Assembly (NCBI GenBank): GCA_964510585.1
Contig: CAZECW010000060.1
Location: 37,721 to 69,720, forward strand
Origin: an uncultured archaeon
Lineage (GTDB): Archaea; Asgardarchaeota; Jordiarchaeia; Jordiarchaeales; Jordiarchaeaceae
Direction: 5' to 3'
Length of the DNA: 32,000 bases
Shown piece by piece: positions 25,010 to 32,000 of the stretch (the first letter of the stretch is position 1; the number at the start of each line of letters is the position of its first letter). The notes below the pieces were generated by a model. The model searched no databases. It was not told where the DNA came from and saw only the letters and a program-made list of their open reading frames with translations. A program made the translations under genes and the position numbers.

Positions 25010-26692
25010 TTGGTGAAAAAAATGGGCAGAAAAATAACTTATAAGGATAAGCCTTGGCTGAAAAACTACGATCCCGGCGTACCTGAACATGCCAAATATC
25101 CTGAAATACCAGACTTTGGACTCTTGGAGCAAGCAGCTAAAGACCCTGTGGATGCTACCATGCTCCTTTACCAAGATAGAAAATTCAAGTACAGGGAGAT
25201 AAATGAACTGAGTGACAGGTTCGCCGCAGGATTAGTGGAATTGGGCGTGAAGAAGGGTGATTTTGTTGGTCTACATCTCATAAATCTTCCCCAGTGGTTC
25301 ATCAGCTACTATGGCATCCAAAAGGCCGGAGGTGTTCCAGCGGTAATCAGCCCATTGTATACTGGAGAAGAACTAAAGAGACAAATGAATATTTGTAAAA
25401 CAGAGGTGCTAATCACCTTTGATTTCTTTTATCCCATAGTAAAGGAAATACTTAACAAAACTATGATCAAAAAGGTCATTATGACCAACACTACAGAGTA
25501 CGGGGATAATCCTCAACCCATACAGGTTCCCAAGACAGAAGCATACCATTTTAAGGAGTTGGTGGAGTCAAGTCCGCCAAATCCGCCTAAAGTCAAAATA
25601 AATGTGAAGGAAGATGCCGCCGCACTCTACTTCACGGGAGGCACAACTGGAATCCCAAAAGGAGCGATACTTACACACTACAATATTGTGGCAAACACCA
25701 TCCAGCACCAACTCTGGGCTAAGGGCTACTGGGAAAAAGGTAAAACAGTGTTCCAGACAATGTATCCACCCTTCCATGCAGGCGGAAACGGAGCGTTTCA
25801 TTTAGTATTCAGTAACCTAGCAGCATATATTTGCTTACCTAATCCCAGAGACTATGACGCCATGTTGAGAAACTTTGGAAAATATAAAGTCAACATATTC
25901 GCTGGAGTCCCTGCCATCTACACTGGCTTATTAAACCACCCAAACTTTGAGAAAGCGGATTTCAGTTCACTTAAAATCTGTATCTCGGGTTCGGTAGCGC
26001 TTCCCCCCGATCTAGTAAACGAGTGGGAGAAAAAAACAGGGTCAAAACTAGTTGAGGTTTATGGAATCACAGAAGCCTCACCGATCGGTTTGTGTAATCC
26101 ATGGAAAGGCAAACGAAAAATAGGCAGCATAGGCTTGCCCCTAACGGACACTGAAGCCAAAATAGTTGACATAGTGGATGGAGTGGAAGAGATGCCAGTA
26201 GGAGAACCAGGCGAACTCATAATTCGCGGTCCCCAAGTCTTCAAGGGCTACCTAGATATGCCGGAAGAAACCGCAGATACCATAAGGGGAGGATGGCTAT
26301 ACACTGGGGACATTGCAAAAATGGACGAAGACGGCTACTTCTACATTGTTGACCGAAAAAAGGACATGATTAACGTTTCCGGTTTCCACGTCGGAGGAAG
26401 AGAGGTCGACGATGTCCTCTACGAGATACCATCAGTTATGCTCGCTGCAGCCGTAGGGATACCTGACCCGAAAAGGCCAGGAAGCGAGATAATAAAAGCA
26501 TACATCGTTTTAAGACCAGAATACGAGGGAAAGGTGAAGGAACAAGAAATAATTGATTACTGCAAAAAGAAACTCGCACCCTACAAGGTACCAAAACTAA
26601 TAGAATTTAGAAAGGAGCTTCCAATGAGTTCCATAGGCAAACCCTTAAAGAGAGTACTAAGAGAAGAAGCAAAAAAAGAAAAAACCAACTAG
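25010..26692 (+). CDS. Long-chain fatty-acid/acyl-CoA ligase (ANL superfamily)
   Basis: YFTGGTTGIPKG, VYGITEAS, IGSIG, RGPQVFKGY, YTGDIAKMDEDGYFYIVDRKKD, APYKVPK, IGKP. The true start is likely the ATG at 25022. Confidence 0.94.
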   Translation: MVKKMGRKITYKDKPWLKNYDPGVPEHAKYPEIPDFGLLEQAAKDPVDATMLLYQDRKFKYREINELSDRFAAGLVELGVKKGDFVGLHLINLPQWFISYYGIQKAGGVPAVISPLYTGEELKRQMNICKTEVLITFDFFYPIVKEILNKTMIKKVIMTNTTEYGDNPQPIQVPKTEAYHFKELVESSPPNPPKVKINVKEDAAALYFTGGTTGIPKGAILTHYNIVANTIQHQLWAKGYWEKGKTVFQTMYPPFHAGGNGAFHLVFSNLAAYICLPNPRDYDAMLRNFGKYKVNIFAGVPAIYTGLLNHPNFEKADFSSLKICISGSVALPPDLVNEWEKKTGSKLVEVYGITEASPIGLCNPWKGKRKIGSIGLPLTDTEAKIVDIVDGVEEMPVGEPGELIIRGPQVFKGYLDMPEETADTIRGGWLYTGDIAKMDEDGYFYIVDRKKDMINVSGFHVGGREVDDVLYEIPSVMLAAAVGIPDPKRPGSEIIKAYIVLRPEYEGKVKEQEIIDYCKKKLAPYKVPKLIEFRKELPMSSIGKPLKRVLREEAKKEKTN

Positions 26693-26965
26693 TCCCACAT
26701 TTCTTATTTTTTTATTTTTGGAACAATTTTTCCAATAAATCTAAGCTATATTGTGGCGATTTTTCACTGTCCTGCCAACTTTTAATCTCAGCCTTTCTCA
26801 GCCCCTTTTTAGGAACGCTTTTACACCCCACAACAGTCTGGGAAGTCACCTAACCCATCCTCTAAAATCACTCCAAACAAATGTCCCCCAAATCACCACA
26901 AAAAACGAAAAAGGGAAAGAGTGATAAATCGTGGAATTTTTTCTCCTTTAGCTGTTTTTTCTTTT

Positions 26966-27805
26966 TTATAATTTGAAGACTTTGATTGCGTTCTCTCTCA
27001 GAATTTTTCTTTTAGCTTGTTCGCTCAGTCCTAGAGCTTCAATTTCTTCGATGCATCTCTTAAAGGTTAGAAGAGGATAGTCAGTACCCCAGAGCACTTT
27101 GTCCTGTCCCCAGGTTGCCGCAAAAAGCTTGAATGAGTCCGGCCAATACTTTGGAGCTCGAGCAGAGGTGTCCACGTACACATTGGGGAACTTCCATGCA
27201 AGTATCATCATTTCCTCGTGCCAAGGTTGTCCAAGATGTCCACCTATTATTCTCAGTTCTGGGAAGAACAGGGCAACCTCATCTAGGTAAATTGGCCTAG
27301 CGCATTCTGAGGGCAAAAGTGGACCTGTGTGGCCTATTTGGATGGTGACGGGTATGTCAAGCTCGACACATTTTGCATATATCGGATAGTAGTATTTATG
27401 GTTGGGAGGAAGGCCCACAATTTCATCACCATAAGCGTAGGGTTCAAGTTTGATGGCTTTAAAATGTAGGTCGTTTACTATTCTTTCCACTTCTCTAACA
27501 GCCTTCATACCGTCACGCGGATCTACGGTTCCACAGCCGATGAATCTGTCTGGAAACTTATCGCAGACTTTCGCTATGTAATCATTATCTACTCTCATTT
27601 CTTTGTAAACGAATGCGGATAATATCACCTTCTCTACTCCGGCTTCATCCATTTCCTGAATCATTTCTTCGGGTGTGAATCCTTTGTACATTTTTTCTGG
27701 GGTTTTATATCTCTGGAAAATGTGTAAAAACTGAGGGGGCCAATTTTTTGTTTGCTCTGGAGGCAAAACACCCGCCCAGCAATCTATTGCACCTATTTTA
27801 CTCAT
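26966..27805 (-). CDS. Amidohydrolase_2-family protein (paralog 2)
   Basis: IDCW plus the same core motifs as 23790-24638. The core is nearly identical to paralog 1 by manual alignment. Confidence 0.9.
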   Translation of the reverse strand: MSKIGAIDCWAGVLPPEQTKNWPPQFLHIFQRYKTPEKMYKGFTPEEMIQEMDEAGVEKVILSAFVYKEMRVDNDYIAKVCDKFPDRFIGCGTVDPRDGMKAVREVERIVNDLHFKAIKLEPYAYGDEIVGLPPNHKYYYPIYAKCVELDIPVTIQIGHTGPLLPSECARPIYLDEVALFFPELRIIGGHLGQPWHEEMMILAWKFPNVYVDTSARAPKYWPDSFKLFAATWGQDKVLWGTDYPLLTFKRCIEEIEALGLSEQAKRKILRENAIKVFKL

Positions 27806-27844
27806 AACATCTCACACTCCTCAAATCATGTGCCTTTTGGTGAT

Positions 27845-27868
27845 TAAAGGTCAAATATATAACCTTTA
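27845..27868 (-). promoter_or_regulatory. TATA box enclosed in an inverted repeat upstream of amidohydrolase paralog 2
   Basis: TAAAGGT-caaatatata-ACCTTTA. The minus strand reads TTATATATTT, ~50 bp upstream of the ATG at 27805. Confidence 0.35.
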
Positions 27869-27908
27869 TCAGAATTTTTTTATCTGAACATCCCTAATCT
27901 GGTGATGC

Positions 27909-28694
27909 TCATTGTTTTTTTCTCTCCAAGAATGCTCTAACGCGTTTTTTGTGTTCCTCTGTTTGGAAGCATAAGGTCTGCATGGTCATCTCGTAGTCTA
28001 ACGCTTCCTCCAAACTCATGTTAAATCCTTTATGTATTGCCTTCTTTGTGGCTCCCAGAGCCCTTAAAGGAAACATTTTAAGTAGATTAGCGTACTCCCT
28101 TACCGTTTTATCGAGTTCTTCGGCTGGTACAACCCTGTTAACCAAACCCAACTTTTCCGCCTCTTTAGCATCTACTAACCTTCCAGAGAAAATGAGCTCG
28201 ACCGCCCTATGAAAACCTACAAGCCGGGGTAGGAGCCAACTTCCCCCGCCGTCAGGAATGAGTCCTATGGCGAGAAATATCTGCCCGAAACGCGCCTTAT
28301 CTGAAGCTATCACAATGTCACAGGCCATGGCTACATTGCATGCTCCTCCAGTGGCTACACCGTTAACTGCAGCTATCACGGGCTTTTCCATATTCCAAAT
28401 AATCCTGACTATTTCCGCCAAGTTTTGGTTCAAAGTTTTTCTGAGTTCGAAGGGGGGCGTTCGGTGCGCCATTTCCATATCCCCCATGTCCCCTCCAGAA
28501 CTGAAGGCTTTGCCCACACCCGTAATTATCACCACTTTTATGGAATCGTCTAAAGCTAGGCTGTTTAGAGCTTGCACCATTTCTTCCTGCATCTCTATTC
28601 GCATGGCGTTCAACTTTTCCGGCTGATTCATTCTAATTATCGCTGTTCCGTCATCCTTCTCCAAAAGAATATATTTGAAACTAATACCAATCAC
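27909..28694 (-). CDS. Crotonase-family protein, PaaG-like isomerase type (no Glu pair, Asp in PDGGG)
   Basis: FSSGGDM, GGACNVAMACD, FGQIFLAIGLIPDGGGSWLLPRLVG. Confidence 0.9.
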   Translation of the reverse strand: MIGISFKYILLEKDDGTAIIRMNQPEKLNAMRIEMQEEMVQALNSLALDDSIKVVIITGVGKAFSSGGDMGDMEMAHRTPPFELRKTLNQNLAEIVRIIWNMEKPVIAAVNGVATGGACNVAMACDIVIASDKARFGQIFLAIGLIPDGGGSWLLPRLVGFHRAVELIFSGRLVDAKEAEKLGLVNRVVPAEELDKTVREYANLLKMFPLRALGATKKAIHKGFNMSLEEALDYEMTMQTLCFQTEEHKKRVRAFLERKKQ

Positions 28695-28763
28695 ACCCTT
28701 TTTTCCTGAAACTATCAGCGAATATTTGAATCTGAAAACATTCCCAAAAAAGGTAAAAAGGTT

Positions 28764-29810
28764 TTATACGACCAATTTTGGTAATTTGGTCTTTATAATT
28801 TCTTCTGCCTCTTTCACGATTGTCTCGATTAATTCCTTTACTGTAGGAATATCTTTTATTCTGCCAGCAACTTCGCCTCCTGGCATCGCTGAATTTTCAA
28901 TATCGCCAGCATCTATAGCCTCTAATGATTTAATCTCAAATTTAACTTGCTCTTCCTCCGATGCACCAGACTTGGCTAATTCGAGCATCTTCAAAACTGC
29001 TGGGTTTTTAAGATACCTAAGATTCCCAAATAACCCCTTAGCAACCACAGTATCTCTGACATCATTAATATCTCTCACAAAATTCTTGTAGCTGGGCAAA
29101 AAGTCGCTTTCTTTAGTTGCAATGAATCTTGTGCCCATTTGGATTCCCACCGCGCCTAGAGCTAACGCTGCAGCCAGAGTGGCTCCGTCACAAAAACCAC
29201 CAGCACCCACAACTGGAATCTTAACGGAGCGAACAACCTCAGGCAGCAAAACCAGAGTGTGAACTGGATCGTAGGCTACGTGTCCACCCCCCTCATGTCC
29301 TGAGGCGATTACTAGGTCTGTACCCATCTTTTCAACCTTTTTAGCATGGTAGGGGGATGGTACCACATGAAAATGGTAAGCTCCCGATTCTTTTATACTC
29401 TCCACGTAGGGTTCAGGGTTACCCGCAGATGTGATAATTACTTTAAGCCTCTTTGCAACCTCCGAATCTGTCTCTCTAGCTTCTAGGGCTGCGTTAATTA
29501 GTTCGCCGGCTACTGATTGGAACTCCACGGCTACTGGCACATTGATTCCAAAAATTCCCCGGGAACTCTTAGTTAGCTCTTTAACCTTCTGTATTGAGGA
29601 GAGCATTTGTTCTCGGGGAGTGAGATTTTCAAAACCGAAAAGAGGCTTAAACCCGAGAGCCACGACTCCCATACCTATACTGGATATGATTCCTAATCCA
29701 CCGGCGTTTGCAACAGCGGCTGATAGTTTCATTGTGTTGTAGGGACCCATACCTGCCTGTATTATGGGATGTTTTATTCCAAGCATTTCGGTTAATTTGG
29801 TCTTTATCAT
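28764..29810 (-). CDS. FMN-dependent nitronate monooxygenase/FabK-family flavoprotein (paralog 2)
   Basis: 348 aa and co-linear without indels with 13697-14743. GHEGGGH and GIQMGTRF motifs. GGAGG SD. Confidence 0.88.
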   Translation of the reverse strand: MIKTKLTEMLGIKHPIIQAGMGPYNTMKLSAAVANAGGLGIISSIGMGVVALGFKPLFGFENLTPREQMLSSIQKVKELTKSSRGIFGINVPVAVEFQSVAGELINAALEARETDSEVAKRLKVIITSAGNPEPYVESIKESGAYHFHVVPSPYHAKKVEKMGTDLVIASGHEGGGHVAYDPVHTLVLLPEVVRSVKIPVVGAGGFCDGATLAAALALGAVGIQMGTRFIATKESDFLPSYKNFVRDINDVRDTVVAKGLFGNLRYLKNPAVLKMLELAKSGASEEEQVKFEIKSLEAIDAGDIENSAMPGGEVAGRIKDIPTVKELIETIVKEAEEIIKTKLPKLVV

Positions 29811-29856
29811 TTACTTCCTCCTTGATTGCAAGTGGTGTGCTGTTTGTAGCTCATAT

Positions 29857-29873
29857 GTATAAATGTTTTTCCC
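29857..29873 (-). promoter_or_regulatory. BRE-TATA promoter of NMO paralog 2
   Basis: Minus strand GGGAAAAAC-ATTTATAC (purine-rich BRE followed by TTTATA), ~47 bp upstream of the ATG. Confidence 0.45.
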
Positions 29874-29983
29874 ATCCGTAGAGTTTAGTTTCAATCCTGA
29901 ATTGGCAGAAGCTGACTCTATATTTGAAGTTCAAATTTTTATGGCAGTGTATGTTTGGATTGCTCGCAGCTTGATTTGTGACT

Positions 29984-30673
29984 TTAACCGCCCAGAGCGG
30001 CTTTTGATATTTTTGAGAATTCCTCCATGTTTGTGGCTGCGATGCACATTTTCTTTACCGCCATTAGCGTTTCCAGTTTTGATTCGCATATCTGTTGGGC
30101 GTAGGCTTTGGCTTCTTGGAGAACTTTGTCTGGTGGAACCAATTTGTTAACCAGCCCAATTCTTAGTGCTTCTTCTGCATCGATTCTTCTTCCAGTGAAG
30201 CATAGGTCTCTGGCTAACCCGTCGCCTACCACTGGTTTTAGGAGTGTGTAGAGCGGTGTGGCTCCAAATTTTATTTCTGGATGTTGGAAAAACGCGTTTT
30301 GGGAAGAGATTCTAAAGTCACACATTAGAGCTAGGTCTAGTCCTCCCGCCAGTGCCGGTCCATTAAGCGCTGCTATTAGAGGTTTGGGAAAGGTCATCAC
30401 GTCTACATGATATTGCCATGATGCTTCAAAGAACGCTTGCATATTTTCTGGGGTTAGACTCATAAATTCAGATGTGTCAAAACCAGCAGAGAAAACTGGT
30501 CCCTTTCCCGTCAGTATAACTGCCTTCACCTCGTTATCTTTCGCTAACTGGGCAAGTATTTCTGTTAATTGCTTCCTGAGTTCTATTGAGAGCGCGTTTC
30601 TTTTCTTTTCTCTATTTAGGGTTACTATCGCAATGTTGCCTTCCTTTTCCACAATAACCAGTTTTTCCGACAT
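29984..30673 (-). CDS. Short crotonase-family protein (Asp/Glu pair, truncated C-terminus)
   Basis: FSAGFD, GGLDLALMCD, FQHPEIKFGA. 229 aa, lacking the usual final helix/RKPxF tail. GGAGG SD. Confidence 0.88.
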   Translation of the reverse strand: MSEKLVIVEKEGNIAIVTLNREKKRNALSIELRKQLTEILAQLAKDNEVKAVILTGKGPVFSAGFDTSEFMSLTPENMQAFFEASWQYHVDVMTFPKPLIAALNGPALAGGLDLALMCDFRISSQNAFFQHPEIKFGATPLYTLLKPVVGDGLARDLCFTGRRIDAEEALRIGLVNKLVPPDKVLQEAKAYAQQICESKLETLMAVKKMCIAATNMEEFSKISKAALGG

Positions 30674-30798
30674 AGTTTATCCTCCATTTTTTAAAACTTC
30701 TTGCTCCAATCCTAATATTAAGTTTGTTTTAAAAAAATCATTGAAGGTTTTCACATCTTTGGGTTTCCAAAAATGTAGGGGTGTTTGCAGAAATGTTT

Positions 30799-31794
30799 CT
30801 AAATGTAGCCTTCCCGCTTCAGGAAGTCTTGTATTATATCCAGTATTATTGAAGCTAGGGCTGCCCTTTTTTTGGTTTTAGTGTAATTAACTGATTCGTA
30901 TTTTTTTAAGGCGCTCGCTATTTCCGGGGGGATAAAAAGGTTGATGTAGCACTTGTTTGTATTTTTCCCCTCACCCAATAGGATACCGCTTTCCCGTATT
31001 AGTTCTACTGCTTCAGTTGGGTTGATGGGGCATCCTCGCCGAAACTGGGAGCGTAAAGTATTGCAAAGTAGTCCTATTGATATTTTGCCTTCAGTTTTTG
31101 AAAACGCTTCAAGGATCTGTGTTTCGTAATCTTCCCTAGCTGCTTCTCCCACAATTTCCCTTGCCGCAGAGCGTATTTGCACGACGGCTTTTCGGGATAA
31201 TTTTTTCAAGCTTATGTCCAACCGTTGGACATCTTTTCTGTGCCGCTCTAAGAAGTCAAAATGTGACAAGTAGCTTTCAACCACTTTTCTCCTATTGCTT
31301 GGGTTTTTACCACCCAGACCATAAACTTCGCCTATCTTTTCATAGGTCCAGTCGGGATGCCTCTTCCTAACTCGATTCAGGAACTCTGAAATTTCAGAGT
31401 CTGATAATTGCTCTCGGTTGTAATTCTCTTTAAAGCTTAGAATCTCCGCCTCTTCTGGAGACAAGTCATCAGTGTAATCAACCTCAACATAATCATACTT
31501 ATTCATAATGGAAGCTCTTATTCTCCTCCATCCCTGAACCGCTACGAGATCTTCCCCATACCCAAACTTGTGGAAGGAACAGACTAGGGGGGTGTGAATT
31601 AAACCGTCTCTGCTAATGCTCTGAGCTAACTCCTCCACATTTGCCCATCCAGAATTTGGACCTTGACTCTTTGTCCAGTCATACTTATGCCTAGGTGTGC
31701 CATATACCTCGTTTCCTGCTTTTCCTATTGCCAGCACAAATGGTTTCACTTTCTTAGGATCTACCTTAATTCTCCTTATCGTTATTCTATTCAT
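30799..31794 (-). CDS. ParB/Spo0J-family protein (ParB N-terminal domain, HTH, putative RHH-like C-terminus)
   Basis: LAQSISRDGLIHTPLV, QGWRRIRA (GxRRxRA), SFKENYNREQL (ENxxRxxL), HTH WTYEKIGEVYG. ATG at 31794 preferred over the TTG at 31872. Confidence 0.8.
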   Translation of the reverse strand: MNRITIRRIKVDPKKVKPFVLAIGKAGNEVYGTPRHKYDWTKSQGPNSGWANVEELAQSISRDGLIHTPLVCSFHKFGYGEDLVAVQGWRRIRASIMNKYDYVEVDYTDDLSPEEAEILSFKENYNREQLSDSEISEFLNRVRKRHPDWTYEKIGEVYGLGGKNPSNRRKVVESYLSHFDFLERHRKDVQRLDISLKKLSRKAVVQIRSAAREIVGEAAREDYETQILEAFSKTEGKISIGLLCNTLRSQFRRGCPINPTEAVELIRESGILLGEGKNTNKCYINLFIPPEIASALKKYESVNYTKTKKRAALASIILDIIQDFLKREGYI

Positions 31795-32000
31795 TGTGGG
31801 GAGATGAGTAACGTATGAGTTTTTTTCGGGAACGTTTCCTATAATATTTGTGGAGAGGGATTCGACCTGCAAGGCCTTTCACCTAGATATTGTTCCCATT
31901 TTATATATACACAAGTATATATTTATTTCGATTTTATATGCAGGCATGATGTAATAATTATGTTTTTTTATGGGCTGAGCGGCATGTTTTGGGCGTGTAG

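Noticed and set aside
22718-30673. Benzoyl-CoA pathway (Had/Oah/Dch)
   Set aside because: No ~370-aa Oah-type crotonase and no benzoyl-CoA reductase is present, and the ADH has only generic MDR motifs.
249-31370. Short ORF-track entries overlapping the long genes (e.g. 747-1031, 2504-2830, 15818-16288, 24153-24731, 28675-29091, 30474-30881)
   Set aside because: They are antisense or alternate-frame shadows of well-supported CDSs and carry no recognisable motifs.
31946-31978. ATGATGT...CTGA as a C/D sRNA
   Set aside because: Box C is imperfect and the span is only 33 nt, too short for a two-guide sRNA.
1-32000. CRISPR arrays, tRNA/rRNA genes, transposases, integrases
   Set aside because: No regularly spaced repeats, T-loop or cloverleaf signatures, or DDE/tyrosine recombinase motifs were seen.

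Overview
Archaeal chromosomal window with dense coding, SD-led genes that often start with TTG/GTG, TATA-like promoters and a Nop5 gene. An anaerobic heterotroph of Bathyarchaeia/Asgard type is my inference and is unverified. The left end is core genome: partial nop5, missed by the ORF track, divergent from pyrD-pyrK. Next come an orphan coiled-coil protein, a CTP-dependent prenol-kinase-family membrane protein and an alcohol-to-acid oxidation module (FAD oxidoreductase, HdrD/GlpC-like Fe-S protein with an extra C-terminal domain, aldehyde dehydrogenase, GbsR/MarR regulator). These are followed by a Yip1-like protein, a QueG/RdhA-like cobalamin/Fe-S protein and a long M48 protease. From 13.7 to 30.7 kb lies a ~17-kb acyl-CoA catabolic cluster with two near-co-linear FabK/NMO-family flavoprotein paralogs in opposite orientation at or near its ends. 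It contains four crotonases with different catalytic residues, a BKACE, two DUF35 proteins, two Cys-less thiolase-fold proteins (Ltp3/Ltp4-like), a fused CoA-transferase, a Zn-ADH, an acyl-CoA ligase and two amidohydrolase_2 paralogs with DxW in place of DxH. It contains no acyl-CoA dehydrogenase and no canonical thiolase. The gene set resembles the actinobacterial sterol side-chain locus (Rv3510c / Rv3521 / ltp4 / ltp3), so the best candidate for an undescribed system is an archaeal retro-aldol pathway for beta-branched (isoprenoid, sterol or alicyclic) acyl-CoAs. A ParB-like gene lies at the right end. No CRISPR, tRNA, rRNA or transposase was seen. All family assignments come from motif recognition by eye; no database search was run.
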